From: Trichoplax sp. H2
Lineage: Eukaryota
DNA: 63,851 nucleotides
Assembly (NCBI GenBank): GCA_003344405.1
Contig: NOWV01000149.1
Coordinates: forward strand, 124,001 to 187,851
Reading direction: 5' to 3'
Shown piece by piece: positions 11,707 through 25,164 of this stretch; positions within the stretch are counted from its first letter, which is position 1; each line of letters opens with the position of its first letter. The position numbers were made by a program, and so were the translations under genes. The notes below the pieces were generated by a model. That model was not told where the DNA came from, ran no database searches, and saw only the letters and a program-made list of their open reading frames with translations.

Positions 11707-14421
11707 TCAGCCAAGTGGTGTAATTTTCGATTTAGTAATAGACTTATTAATCGATTCTGAAGGCTTTAAGTTAGCTACGTCTTTCTTTGCTCCAAATGAA
11801 TAATTGGTTATGCTATTCAGCATACTTTGCTTCGAATTTAGTTCAGGCCGAAAATAAATAATATAAACTTTGGGTACGAATAAGCATAGGAATGGCGGCC
11901 CACTTAGTAGCAATGCAGTCAATGCAGCAATACTATCTGCCGTTTGGCCGGATAAAATGATGGTAACAGGGAAGCAACATAAACCGAAAACTGTAATCAT
12001 TACTGATGAAAGATAAATATGCTTGGATTCGTTAAAGTTATCCGGTAATGATCGCGTTTTATATGCCAAATATGTACAGGCTATACCTATTATAGCCATC
12101 CAAATTAATAGATTGACATCATTATAAGAATTTAAACCGTGGCAATAAAATTCAATTTGATTGTCTTTGGTGACAGCTTTGAAAACTATAAATGGATGAG
12201 CAAGGGTTAAGCATAGCAGAATTCCGTTGACTACAACTAAAACGCCAAAAATGATTAAAAGCTGATTCCTGTTCTTAGTTAAGATTGCAAATTTGCTTTT
12301 TCTTCTAACTGATCTTTTAAATATTATGAAAACTTGATTGACTTTACAAAATATGGTGATGTATGTCCCTGTGACATATGTAGTCATTAGAAATGCCCTT
12401 AGATTGCATACTTTATAGCTTGGTGGAAGTAGATGTAGCAATGAAGCTGGAATACTTAACGCGAAAAAGAAGAGTAAAACATTCATCAGGACAAAGTTAG
12501 ATCCTTTAATAATCGGTGTTTGTCGGTGGAGAATAATAGTAATCCAAATGAAAAGGAGACATAAGCAATAGACTGTTACTAAGGTGAGAATAATGATTAT
12601 CATTGGACTTCGATAAAGTACATGCCCGTAGATTAAGGATAACGGTAAGCATTTCGTTTTATTCCTATTCGGTCGGGTAAAAGTTGGACATTCGGTACAA
12701 TGTAGCTGGTTTGTCATATTCGATACGGTTTGCATTGGACAAGGAAGACAGCGCCAGCAACAAGCCATGATATCTTGCTTTATGTTAGAATCCTGATATA
12801 CATAATGGCCTGGAGGACAACCTGGCGAACATCGCGAAATAGGTATATCATACCATGATCGCTTACCATTCCAAATTATTTTTTTAGGATCAACTCGCAG
12901 ACCTTGCTTTTTATTCCAAGAGCCAATTTTAATGGCTGATACACCAAATTCATTTTGATCAGCTATAGCTTGATAATTTATAATATCAAATGTCGATCCG
13001 ACGTTGCCATTTTCATCGAAATTGAATTCCTTACTAGAAATGCTAGTGAATTTAACTTTACTTAATATATCATTAAATGATTGTTTCATTAGATTCCACT
13101 GACTTGGTGGAGGGCAACTAGTCGAATTACACCCTAAACCTTGATGAAGAGCATGACCAAAAGCTAATACTGCATCCATAACTAATATTGATATAGTATT
13201 TAATACGTAGAAAGGATCACGAATTTGAGGTATTATGTGAGCTAATTGATGGCATGGACGTATCATTTTACCTGGACGATTTGGCCTAGTAGATAATATC
13301 TCATCCCAAATTTTTAAAAACCAAGGATTTACTTTATTATTGCAAAGGTTGAGTTGGAATAAATATTTGTCAAATCCACTGATAGCTTCACTATCAGAGG
13401 AAATACCAATTGCTCCTCCAATAATATCAGCGTTAATTGTCATGATCTTTGACGAATGCATCCAAGTATAAGTGCCAATAAAAGTTTTACCGGAAAAATT
13501 TCGATTCTGAGCTTCTTTGAAAAATTTGAATATTGCATGTTCATCACCTAATACCACTACCACTTGAGAGCGTGAATCTGATTTCATCTTCACGACAATA
13601 TTCTTGAGTTGATTAGAAGTAGAATTTTGGTAAATCCGATATATGGCAGAATAGCATATCTTATGCGTATGATACGCATTAAACCGACTATTGCGAATCA
13701 TGTTTTCGTCATCAGTTTCAGAGACTACGAAAGAGATCCAATTCCATTCAAATCTATGAACGATATCAAAGATATTTTGCATCTGAACTGAATGAGAGAT
13801 GGAAGTACGGTAAAAGTATCGATAAATTAAGCGATCATTCAGCGAGTTGTCGAAGGAATGATAACTAATTTGAGGAATTTTGATGCTGCTAGTTAAAGCC
13901 GCCGTTAAAAGTGTAATGGCATTTAATTTAGCGCCAATAACACCCGCAATTGAATTTTCTCGAAGCATTGGACTACTCATCGTTTTTTGAAGTAGATCTA
14001 TTACGGTATCGACGTTAGTTTCTGTTAATGAGTCATTATTGCGAGATAATGTTTGATGATGTCCTTGCATGATGATATTGGAAATAACGTTGGCCAAAGT
14101 AATATCAGCAGATGAACACGAATCGAGCAATGTCCATCCCACAGTAATGCCAGGTAATAGCGAGGGATTCCGATTTATCAAGTAATCAATCGCATAAATC
14201 ATGGCTTGAGTATACTGAACATCCTTATGCCTAAGATGCATGCATTGATCCGCTTTTTTGTTATATGTTTCTGAATTTGCAAAAATACCCAACAACATGA
14301 TCTGACCGGGCTTCATAGTATATTGAAGTGAATTTTGCTTGCTTTCCGCCAAACTCCAGATATGGCATAGCAAGACTAGAACAATCGTCAAATGTAAATA
14401 CTCGATGTATTTAACTTTCAT
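11707..14421 (-). CDS. Class C GPCR, intronless, 904 aa
   Basis: Full VFT-CRD-7TM architecture with the family motifs (QAMIYAID, PQISY, CCWRC, PIIKGSN, LPDNFNESKHI, FVPKVYII). Confidence 0.95.
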   Translation of the reverse strand: MKVKYIEYLHLTIVLVLLCHIWSLAESKQNSLQYTMKPGQIMLLGIFANSETYNKKADQCMHLRHKDVQYTQAMIYAIDYLINRNPSLLPGITVGWTLLDSCSSADITLANVISNIIMQGHHQTLSRNNDSLTETNVDTVIDLLQKTMSSPMLRENSIAGVIGAKLNAITLLTAALTSSIKIPQISYHSFDNSLNDRLIYRYFYRTSISHSVQMQNIFDIVHRFEWNWISFVVSETDDENMIRNSRFNAYHTHKICYSAIYRIYQNSTSNQLKNIVVKMKSDSRSQVVVVLGDEHAIFKFFKEAQNRNFSGKTFIGTYTWMHSSKIMTINADIIGGAIGISSDSEAISGFDKYLFQLNLCNNKVNPWFLKIWDEILSTRPNRPGKMIRPCHQLAHIIPQIRDPFYVLNTISILVMDAVLAFGHALHQGLGCNSTSCPPPSQWNLMKQSFNDILSKVKFTSISSKEFNFDENGNVGSTFDIINYQAIADQNEFGVSAIKIGSWNKKQGLRVDPKKIIWNGKRSWYDIPISRCSPGCPPGHYVYQDSNIKQDIMACCWRCLPCPMQTVSNMTNQLHCTECPTFTRPNRNKTKCLPLSLIYGHVLYRSPMIIIILTLVTVYCLCLLFIWITIILHRQTPIIKGSNFVLMNVLLFFFALSIPASLLHLLPPSYKVCNLRAFLMTTYVTGTYITIFCKVNQVFIIFKRSVRRKSKFAILTKNRNQLLIIFGVLVVVNGILLCLTLAHPFIVFKAVTKDNQIEFYCHGLNSYNDVNLLIWMAIIGIACTYLAYKTRSLPDNFNESKHIYLSSVMITVFGLCCFPVTIILSGQTADSIAALTALLLSGPPFLCLFVPKVYIIYFRPELNSKQSMLNSITNYSFGAKKDVANLKPSESINKSITKSKITPLG

Positions 14422-15049
14422 TTTTCTCCGACTGCTACGAAAGATTTAAAAGCTTTACACACCGACTTTTGTTATAAAAATTTCCCAAGTTAGAATATTT
14501 CAACAAAGAAGAGGCTAACGACTTCTCTTGATTTTAAATGTTATAGTTTTAGATTGCAAAGTAATTTATTGCAATACTTTGATGATACACACCTGGGCTA
14601 AAACTATTTATTTATCCAGAAATAAAAGTTGCAGATGTGATCTTAAGTACAATCTATTTAGCTTTTATGATTAATAATTAGTAGCACAAATTTAAGCTTT
14701 AATTATACCCTTGATTAATTAATATCTCTTAATAAAGGAACCTAAAATAGTTAAGCATTCCGGCTTTGATATACGAAATGTTTACATTTAAAGCGATCTT
14801 TAACTTGATACATAACAAAAGCGTAAATGACATACATTGATATTTTTAAGAGACCTACTTAGAGAGAATTTAGAAATGCGTAATTACATCACAAAATTGA
14901 TGTTTACGGATGCATAGTACTTTCCGTAAAAATAATGAATAATATCTGGCCATTTTAAATAACTGAGCAGACAGCTAGCTCTACCTACAATTTATTAAAA
15001 TGATAACTTTAAATTATCATTTCTACCTACACAATTGATGCCATATTAA

Positions 15050-15560
15050 AATTTATATTAGGGCATTAAATAATGCTTTGGAAATGGCAGGTATTAAAGG
15101 AAAGCATTTAAGTTCATAAATGTAACTTAATTTAGTAACTTTGATAAAACGAGTATAAAATTTTAAACTTGGTAGAAAGTTAGAACATTATTAGATCTTC
15201 ATATAAAATTACACTACACCCAGCTCCACTCTAGCTGATTGCAATTTTTAGACAGAACTAATAATCTAATTTTACCTGCTTGTACACTCTTCGTAACATT
15301 TGCAGCTACTATCAGCATAGCAACGTTCTACCTTATATTAAAATAATGCTGATTAATTATTATTATTAAAAATATTTTACGGTCGATCACCTATATCAAA
15401 TATAGAAATAGCTTCAGTATTTACCTAGACGTTATTTCTGCCTGCCCAAGTACAATGAATTATCCATATCTAAATATACTCGTATATGTATAGTGGATAA
15501 GTTCTTAGATTCGCAATCCTATAATTTTAAATTTGAGTTATCAAAGTATAGTTAATCTCT
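15050..15560 (+). pseudogene. Possible decayed LRR relic
   Basis: TFAATISIATFYL (~15296), KIFYG (~15369), FCLPKYNELSIS (15436), DKFLDSQSYNFKFELS (~15497). Fragmentary. Confidence 0.3.
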
Positions 15561-17161
15561 AATGTGTCACAAACAGTCTACACAGTATTTTATTGACTTT
15601 TAAGGTAGCATTTATTGCATCCGTCAGCCGTAAAAGAATTTTAATTTCTTCTTGTCATAAGAACAGTCATAAATGGCTAAAATTAAACCCAATATTAGCT
15701 TGTATCAAACAATTTAATACGAATTATACACATTTGTACAATGCCTAATAACAGTTCTTAATATGGCTATTATCTACAGCCTTATAGAACACAAACTGTA
15801 GTATATGAGAGTTGTTTATCATATCAGTTATAATTTACAATTACTTCATTAAGGCATACAATTCTGTACAGCACTACTATCACTGTTTTCCTTAACATAT
15901 AAATACTGTGAATAATTAAAATCATTACGAAATAACCTCTATTTTTACCTCTAGAATCAATCGTAACTCACTGCCCTACCGCATATGATCATCAATGCTT
16001 TAAAATAAAATCTTCAGTTGAAGTCTATGGCTATATGCTACTAAATATAAGCAATGCTACCGTATAGTATGTTTGATATGGCTCATACTAAGTTACTTTA
16101 TAGTTCAACCTATCAAAATTATGCAGTATCAACAGAATTATCAATAGCACAAATCAATGAGAAAGTACCGAAGAGACTTTGTCGACACGGTCTATAAAAC
16201 TTTCATTACTGACATCAGGCTATTAAATCTTTATGGATATTTCATTATGGAATTATGATTAAAATGTTGACTAGGATGATTGAAGATTGCTTAATTAAAA
16301 CTAAATAGACTTCACTAGATAGGAGAAATGTTAAAAAAAGAAGGCTAAAAAAGTCTTAATTTCTACCAAGCTTAATCAAATTATTATATATAATTAGATT
16401 ATTTCATAACAACGGTTACCATCTCTCACAATTTCACTTCTTCGACTAGGTAACGTACAGTAAAAGTCTATAAGTAGCTACTGACTTAAACGCACTTTTG
16501 CCTAACGTTAAACATACACAGTAAAATACAGTAACGATGAAACTTTTATTAACAAAAATACATCTTCAACTTTTTACCACGCCACTCAACTCAAATGTTC
16601 CCGTTTACATAGGAACCGTCTAATTTGTAAACAACAACAGTATTTTTATTATACCTTACTAGGAGAAACATCTCGAGTTGAGATATTCCTTACATAGCTT
16701 TTACATTAGTAAATATTTTGAATCTCTTACTCATACTTAATCTTAATCTAAGCTCGTAGGTTGTCTAATTCAACTATCATGAACTAGAACTTCAATCATC
16801 TTACTGCTATCTATCACACAATAAAAATCAATATCAAATATGTAATGAACGATTACAAACAACATCCACGTTAAGGCATTACTTATCTTACCTAGCGCTA
16901 CAAATATGGATATTCTCCATACTAGCTACTACTGTACTTATTAAACTATCCTAAAGACAAGGCAACACCGTCACACCATCAATTTACGAAATTAGACATT
17001 TCTAAAATTTTTGAAATTATAGTAGAATATCAAATGAGTAGTTTATACGTATAATTATCTGATTGCAGATATAGAAAGTACTGTATGTGATCTCCGAGTT
17101 CTTTCTCCTATTCTCGCAACATATCTAGTCGTATTTATACATCACTCATCCCAGAATACAC

Positions 17162-19882
17162 TTAGCTGCTGGACGATTTTTGGTCTTGACTATTAGAAGG
17201 TGGAGGTGAACCAATACCTGGATCAATATTCCCAGAGGTAGGATATGGCTTGATGGTATTAAAGTTATAATTTTTAATACTAGCCATTGTTTCTTCTCGA
17301 GTGTTTAATTCTGATCGAAAGTAAATAATGTACATTTTGGGAAGAAATAAACACAATAGTGGCAATAGCCCGAAAAAAAGGATAGAAAGTGCCATAACTT
17401 GATTGGCACGAACACTAGGAATGACCAACGCTGTCGAAATGGTACAAAAACTAACAGCTACGATCAATATTGATGTCAAATAAATATATCTAGACTCATT
17501 AAAATTTTCAGGTAACGAACGTGATCTGAACGCTAAAATTAAACAAGCCGTACCAATTATTCCTAACCATACTGACAAATTAATCGCGCTAAAATTATTC
17601 GGAATTTTACATCGCAATTGCATTTTCTGTTCTGGTGCCTGTATCTGTTCAACACTAATGGGTAAAAGTAAATTTAAACACAGTAAAATTCCATTTACAA
17701 TAGCTAATACGATAAAAATAAGCATCGCTTGGCTACTATTGCAAGTAAATCGTACAATCCTTGCTTTCTTGTAGACGGCATTTTTAAAGATTAAGGATAC
17801 TTGGTTAGTTTTGCTAAATATGGTTATAAATATGCCGACTTGGGCAGTCGTCGATGCAAACATTCTTAACCGACAAATTGTGGCTGACGAAGGCAATAGA
17901 TAAAGAAACGAGGCAGGAATACACGCCACGAGAAAAAAAAGCAACAAATTTGTTAATATGAAATTTGAACCTTTGACAACAGGAGTGTGCCTATAAATAA
18001 TCATAGCTATCCAAATGATGACAGTAGCAATCAAGTAGAGTGCGGTTATGACATAAAATGTAATAGATACAGAGCTGCCAAATTCGAACTGAGCAAACGG
18101 AAGATCAATGCATTCTGTATGATTAGAGTTTGATTGAGTTAAACTAGGACAACGTTTGCAATTATGGGAATTTGTGATATTGGAAATCATATAGCTAGGG
18201 CATTTTTGACATTCCCAGCAGCAGGGGCGCATTGATAGTGAAATATTTTGATCATGATATAGGTAATACCCGGAAGGACAATCGCTAGAACATCTTGCTA
18301 TCGGAATATCGCTCCATGATTGCTTTCCATTCCAGAAAATTTTATCCTTTTTAATAACTAAACCTTGTTGCTTATTCCAATATCCTATTTTAACACCTTT
18401 AACTTTTCTTCCTGGGATAGACGTTTCCTCTTGTAAATTAGTTATGTCGAAGGAAAACTGGATTGTACCATCAGACTGAAATGCTATATCTGGACTAGTA
18501 AATCCGGAAAATTGTATCTTACCAAGAACTTTATTAAGTTCTTGAAGATTGAAAATATTTTTTCGTTGATTTAGACAGTAGGTTTCATTGCAACCCAGCA
18601 AGTTATGTAATGCTTGTGCAAATGCTAAAGCTGAATCGATAACATGTCCAGAGATAAAATCGACTACGTAGTGCGATTTAAGATATTCTTTTAAGCTAGG
18701 ATTGACTGTACAATTTCGCATGGTTTTATGTGCATTTACTCCCATGTCCGTTAATTTTTGATGCCATAATTGTAGAAACCAAGGGTTTTGCTTGTTGTTA
18801 CAAAAGTCCAGTTGGTCAAGGTAGTCAGCAAATTTGAGCAATGAATTACTATTAAATGTTGAGCCTATTGCGCCTCCAATTATATCGGCTCTAATAGTAT
18901 GGACCCTAGCTGAACTTAACCAGCCATAAGTACCCAAGAACGTTTTTCCTGTTATATTATAAGCTTCAGCTTGTTTAAGTAAATCATAAATGATCGGTTC
19001 ACTACCGAATAATGCTATCACTGACGATTTAGATTGATTTTTCCATCCAAGGACAATCTCTTTTAAATCCGATATCGTATAATTATCATAAATTTTTGCC
19101 AAATCTTCAAAACATATACCAACATCTTGTGAGATTAAAGGAAGAAAGGCTGCAGAATTGTCTATCATAACGGTACCGGCAATAACAACAGATATCCAAT
19201 TCCAATTAAAGAATTTTATCAGGTCAAAAATAGCCCGCTTATGTACTCTTGCTGCGGCAGAAATACGATAAAAATAGGGAAAAAGATCACGATTACTTAG
19301 CAGTGAAGCGAAGGAACTATAGCTAATTTGAGAGTAACCAAGACTACTAGTAAGCGAAGCTAAAGAAATTGTAATAGAATCTGTTCTTTCACCGATAATC
19401 CCAACAACTTGTCCACCTGGAACGGTTGTACTGTTAATAAAGGATTCACTACATATGTTGTTTGTAACAGTGTTAAAAACATTTATATTTTCATATTGTG
19501 CTAAAGTAGCTCGGTGTTGAATATCTTGTACAAGAACAGCAGCTAGTTTTGCCGTAGCTCTTTCTCGTGACGAACAGGCATCAATTAAGTGATAGCAAAG
19601 TCTGATACCAGGCAATAACGTGGAATTAGAATTGATCAATTTATCTACGGCATAGATCATAGCTTGTGAATATTGTATTTCTATCGGCTTTAGTCCTTCA
19701 CATTGTTGAGTAGAAACATTAAAGTACAAGGAATTGGAAAAAATGCCAATTAGCTGAAAATCGCACGATCTACGTAGCGCTAATTGCGATGAACCACGAC
19801 AGACTTTACTAAAAAAAGACTGATGTATGATAGATAAGTTTAATAGTATAGCAATCCAACTTGAAATGCTTGAATATTTCAT
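17162..19882 (-). CDS. Class C GPCR, intronless, 906 aa
   Basis: Full architecture: QAMIYAVD, SQISY, FPYFYR, NPWF, CCWEC, PVVKGSN, LPENFNESRYI, FLPKMYII. Confidence 0.95.
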   Translation of the reverse strand: MKYSSISSWIAILLNLSIIHQSFFSKVCRGSSQLALRRSCDFQLIGIFSNSLYFNVSTQQCEGLKPIEIQYSQAMIYAVDKLINSNSTLLPGIRLCYHLIDACSSRERATAKLAAVLVQDIQHRATLAQYENINVFNTVTNNICSESFINSTTVPGGQVVGIIGERTDSITISLASLTSSLGYSQISYSSFASLLSNRDLFPYFYRISAAARVHKRAIFDLIKFFNWNWISVVIAGTVMIDNSAAFLPLISQDVGICFEDLAKIYDNYTISDLKEIVLGWKNQSKSSVIALFGSEPIIYDLLKQAEAYNITGKTFLGTYGWLSSARVHTIRADIIGGAIGSTFNSNSLLKFADYLDQLDFCNNKQNPWFLQLWHQKLTDMGVNAHKTMRNCTVNPSLKEYLKSHYVVDFISGHVIDSALAFAQALHNLLGCNETYCLNQRKNIFNLQELNKVLGKIQFSGFTSPDIAFQSDGTIQFSFDITNLQEETSIPGRKVKGVKIGYWNKQQGLVIKKDKIFWNGKQSWSDIPIARCSSDCPSGYYLYHDQNISLSMRPCCWECQKCPSYMISNITNSHNCKRCPSLTQSNSNHTECIDLPFAQFEFGSSVSITFYVITALYLIATVIIWIAMIIYRHTPVVKGSNFILTNLLLFFLVACIPASFLYLLPSSATICRLRMFASTTAQVGIFITIFSKTNQVSLIFKNAVYKKARIVRFTCNSSQAMLIFIVLAIVNGILLCLNLLLPISVEQIQAPEQKMQLRCKIPNNFSAINLSVWLGIIGTACLILAFRSRSLPENFNESRYIYLTSILIVAVSFCTISTALVIPSVRANQVMALSILFFGLLPLLCLFLPKMYIIYFRSELNTREETMASIKNYNFNTIKPYPTSGNIDPGIGSPPPSNSQDQKSSSS

Positions 19883-22719
19883 GATTGATATTATCCAACT
19901 AAATCGGTATCAGGATATTCTATTACTGTATACGATCCAAATCTCTAACACAAGTGAAATGTATTTTACCAGGAACCAAACAGAAGCATATAAATACTGT
20001 AGGCTAGTACAATAAATTGATGTTTTATTGTGACGTTGTAGGGATCGTTTCGTCGTTAATTAAAATTTTAATTAATAGTCTCGCCAATGAATGGAAAGTA
20101 AGCCATAAGGGCCATAGTAGAAACAACAGTAATGTTGACATACTACTAATGTAATTATGTGATATTGTATCTTTAAATTAAAATCTTGAATGGAACATCA
20201 ACGATCAACATTAGTATTCAATTAAGGAAATCATAATACAGTTCAAGCCCTTATTCTGTTAGGACTAGATGATATTAGGTTAGTAATTTATTTTATTTTA
20301 TGTTGTCACTATTGGTGATCTTGTACTAGTTTATCACCAATTTCTAGATATAGAATATATCTAATAATAGGTATTTGTAGATTCTGTGAGTTAGAATACA
20401 TGTATAATGTTTTGCACTAGAACGATGACAGGGGAGCAGTAATTGCATAGGAACATCATTTATTAATAAAATTCAAGGGCATTAAAAAATCAGTAGCTAT
20501 TCGATTCTCAAATTTCGTTGCTAGCGATACAATTTTCAATAATTTAAGACTGCAGTTAGCCAGTTTATGATTTTTGCTCCAAATTAACATTAATCGAAAC
20601 GAAGTAAGACTGACTTAAGACTGCAATTGTTAATTGAAAAACTAATTGCCTCTATTAGATACAATAGAGAAGTCTATTCTAAATATTCAAGCATCATTGA
20701 TAGATAACTAAACTTTTATTTTTATAAACGTAAACCGTATAGTGATAAAGTATCTTCAAAATAGTAGAATATGAACAAGTGTTTCTAGTAAAATTATTTT
20801 TTGTAGCATAAAATGTGATTTATCTAAAATCACAAGCTAGCTACCTTCAGTTTTACATGTTTCCACACACTTCAACGAAATCCATCGTTGAAGTACAATT
20901 GGTTACACGCCTATTTTCAGGCAACTTAATCATATCTCATTGATATAGTCGCAAGATCAAGAAAAAGTTCAATATCGATCGATCTATTATAAATAACCTT
21001 TTCTAATTAAGCCATCACGATGAATTCTTTATAATGTCAACTTCGTGCAATCGACGAATATCTAATAGTCGCAAATTATATTTATGGCTGCAAAAGTCAA
21101 CTATTCGTATCGTAATTATATCACCTTAGAACAGATATTAGTACAATCGTACGATCGAACATCCAATTTCAATTACTTTCCTGCAATTTTATAGTCTTTT
21201 AATCGTAAGCTAATTGAGGACCGTATCGTACACTCCAAAAAATCAAGTTAATTCCAGCGTAAATGGGCTTAGTCGGAATTATGAAAATTGCGATCAATCT
21301 CAAGTTGCCAATGTATCTGTTATAGTCATTCATATTTCATGCGATTCTTATGCTATCCATTTAGTCCAGCAATAAATCGCATATTATTTTCAAGTATGGA
21401 AGTCTAGAACGTAAGAAACGCTCGAAATCATAGCGGCAATGATTTAAAAGTTTTGTCTTAGTCCGATGAATTATAGTATATAAGTTTATAACACATCTTC
21501 TTCAGTACGGAAGCCTTAAGTGATGATTTAATTAAGATGCTAGACAGATGGATTGTATAGATAATAATAATTTTATGCTGGTCTATTGCAGTCGAATTTT
21601 AAAATGTATGTCATGACCAAGTATTAGTCTATTACTGTAACTATAGGTTCGCGACCTCCAACTCTTAATGTGAGTTGTTTAAGTTGAACAAATCCTTTTG
21701 ATACGCAATAAACCGTCACAACCGAGAGAGCAGTTTTAAAACCTCATTTACTATTCCGTTGTGACAGTGCTATATACTGTATTAGAGTAAAAATATCTAT
21801 GTTAGGATAATTCTGCTAGACTATCCTTATTTGGTTAACTTCTAATTTGGATATACTGTGTGTTAATATAGCACTGACTTTTTATGACAGTGACACTTAT
21901 ACACATACTGAAATTAATAGTTATAATAGGGAATGCAAATCATCTGCTTACAGTTCGAATCATTGTGATTGTAATTTACTTATGGTAGATTGTAAATTAT
22001 CGCGGAAATGTTCCGAGATAGGACATATCGTAATCTGGCTATTCCGTATTAGTCATTACATGTCTATGTTCATAAATCCTGTTGTCTGCATTAAGGGAGC
22101 AGTAGCTAAAATTAATATCTAGTTCAGTAAATGATTCCAATGTTAATTGTATTAACTACGACTCTTGAACTGTTGAGGAATAGTATATAAATGCAGTATA
22201 TCGTGTAATAAAGTGGATTCTTAAACTTAGTGTTTAACGTAAAATACGAGGCGTCTAAGTCTTTGTGTAGTCTGCTAGTAGAGCAAAAGCGTTTGTGATA
22301 GTGCAGATATCGTTCCTTGATACGTGGTTCAAGGAATTGACTTATTGATCGCACATTACGTTATCTAGTTCCAAAGCTGTTTCGTGACATCCGTCTATTC
22401 GTGAGAGTGAATTCAATGTTCACCTCTCATATAATCCGTCGAAAACGGTCAAGATGAAACCTTGATACGATAGAATGATAAATTTAGATTCATTCGCAGT
22501 TTTTGGTAATGAACAAGCAGATATAACTTTTATAGCCATACCATTAAATTAACGATATTTTCCTGATTCAAAATGTAGTACTATAATTGAAGTCGATTTT
22601 ATGGAGCATAATCAAATACACAGAGCCAGATTGAGATAGGGGAAAATGTCACCAATAATTGCTTTTGCAACGACAATCAGTATAACTTTACAACTGCTCC
22701 GAATAAAACAACAATGCAT

Positions 22720-22960
22720 GCTTTCTTTTCGAGAGTTTCTTAAATCTTAAGAATAAATTATTTGTTTTACAAAATAGGGTTATAAATATGTTGGCTTGGT
22801 GAGTAGTCCATGTAAATACACTTACTTTGCTAGTCAAACTTGACAGAGGTATCAAATGAAGAATTACCTTTAAATACTCCCTGTTACGAACGATAATAGA
22901 ACGCTAACTATGATGAAATTAGATTCCTTAATTACTGCTATATCTATGCGAACGATTATA
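22720..22960 (-). pseudogene. Very degraded class C GPCR 7TM remnant (may extend to ~23700)
   Basis: tttgttttacaaaatagggttataaatatg (22761) resembles the ITIFCKTNQ coding DNA at 25830, and gatgaaattagattccttaattac (22912) resembles the PVVKGSNF DNA at 25981. Spacing is the same (~150 bp). Confidence 0.55.
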
Positions 22961-24289
22961 GGAAATGAGTATTTTACTGAAAAATTTGAAGCATGTTTGG
23001 CAGTAATGTAGATTCGTAAGCATTAGAAGATCATATTGTAGAATTACTCTCGATATATTCAATGATATGAACGTGTATAATTAATCATGGTAAGATAGTT
23101 TGATCTTGATATATATTGCATCTAGAAGAATGGTATTAATAATGCCTCAACAAAGGTACTTCAAGCCGTGAGCGAGTTTCATTCCATGTTATTTTCTATT
23201 CATTTAATAAACAAAATGAGACCAAAGCAACTCCAATTTATTTCGTTATCTTATGTAATAATTTTAACTTTCGATAATGAAATTGAAGATTCTACTCGTA
23301 AATTAGCCACGTTAAAATAGAAATTATTCAAACCCTTGCATCTAAATTCAATATCTGGCCGTAGTAGCCCCATAAATGATTCTAAATTTTGATGATTTCA
23401 GCTTGGTTTTAAATTTAATATTAGTCATTTTATAGGTTCAACGGATTAAATTTTAATCTGTATATGCCCTGTGGCATAAATCAATTCTTTATTGATCAAA
23501 GCTTACGATTTGACTTATGACTACAGTATATAGCTCCATATCCCAAATTTGCTCTTTATGCGTTATTTTAAACTTTTATAAATTTCTTGTTTGTAAAACA
23601 TATCTAATAAAAAGCTGAAATAGCTTTTCACAATATCGTATCAAGTCAAAGCTCCGAAGAACTGCAGGGCAAATAGCCGTACATGTAATTTGTTTCTTGA
23701 TGTAAACTTGATATAATAACAATTTATTGAAATGATTTTGGTTTACACGTAGACTGTATAACCGTATCTTTGCATGTGCACGGCAATTAATGTTCAAGCC
23801 AGAAGATTGAATAGCAATAGAAATTATAATGATTAAGATTACATTTAATCACGAATAAAATCAGCAATGTGTACGCGATCACACTGTACTGGCGAAAGTT
23901 TTGAACTTTCTGTATTGGAAAATTGATTTAAAGCTCAAGTAACAATTCTTTTCAAGACAATATTAACTTTATTACTTTGAAAAGGTGTACTTATTAAATA
24001 AAGGATGGTAAGATATCAAATGAGAAGATAAAATTGTTATTGAAACAGTCATATTTGTAATAATAACATATACTGAATGTTTTTACACGCGAATACGCCG
24101 ATATCGCATAAAATGAATAATAGGGCAACAACCCTTTAAGTTGTAAAGGATGATTAATTTAGTAATCAAAAATTTTAATTGCAATAAAATTAAAAGGAGA
24201 GTGATTTCAAAAATAATAGAGAGAAAAGTTGAAATAACAATCATTGACATATATAATACGGGGTTGTTATTAACTTGTTAGGGTTAGAA

Positions 24290-24900
24290 TGATTAATATT
24301 CTAAAAATAGCTGACAATATAACCTACTCATACTTTGCAAGCATTATCATTGCCTCATGAGAATTATGTAAAAGTATAAGTATAATTTATCTCATTGCTC
24401 CATGAGAAATAGGTAATAACTATATTAACTTTATATCAATATATTAATACAAGACAAGGTGTCATAGTTTAAAATTGTGACTAATTGGACCAAGATTGAA
24501 CAACTTGTGACTATTTCCATAGAAAGCCAGCGCAAATAGCAAGTTGATCATAATATTGGATGTAGGAGATATTATCAATTTATAAAAGAGAATATTTTAA
24601 GGATATACAATAAGACATTAGACAATATCAAGACCGTTAATTATTTCGTCTTACGATGACTGCTAGGGCAAGCATAAAAGATGTGAATCGCAAAATAGTC
24701 TAATTGAGTTGTTTTCGATAAGAGAACATTCCTTAATTGATACCGTATGATTAATAAATTAACTTATAAATTGAATTGAGAATAGCTACCAGTCAACATG
24801 TTCCGACTTTGTAAGAATATTAACTATAGCAATTAAAATCTTTTAGTCCTTATCATAAGAGTTCGATAGTGTTTTGATGACACGTTTTGCTAGAGATATT
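24290..24900 (+). pseudogene. Decayed LRR coding relic
   Basis: INILKIADNI (~24292), EIGNNYINFIS (24406), SKLIIILDVGDIINL*KRIF*G (24538), SLIELF (~24697). Confidence 0.45.
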
Positions 24901-25164
24901 ATTGTTTACATAAATATTATTTTAAAAGGTCAATGTCGAACAAAAATGTCATTGTATTAAATAAGAAGTAAAACTTGACAAATTTCTGGCTCATAAAATG
25001 ATCCTACATGTCTTTCATTCATGAAAAAGGTTTAAATCGAGCGCGTAAATTAATGAGGGATTCGATCCTCGTCTATCGAATGGCAATGCAATTCTGATGT
25101 TGAAATAACCTTCAGAATCTTGATCAAATTGTTTAGCCAGAGTTTTTGTTCAAATTATTTATTA

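Noticed and set aside
20500-21700. Additional LRR-like peptides (DTIFNNLRL, IFRQLNHI)
   Set aside because: Too sparse to distinguish from AT-rich background, so not listed as a feature.
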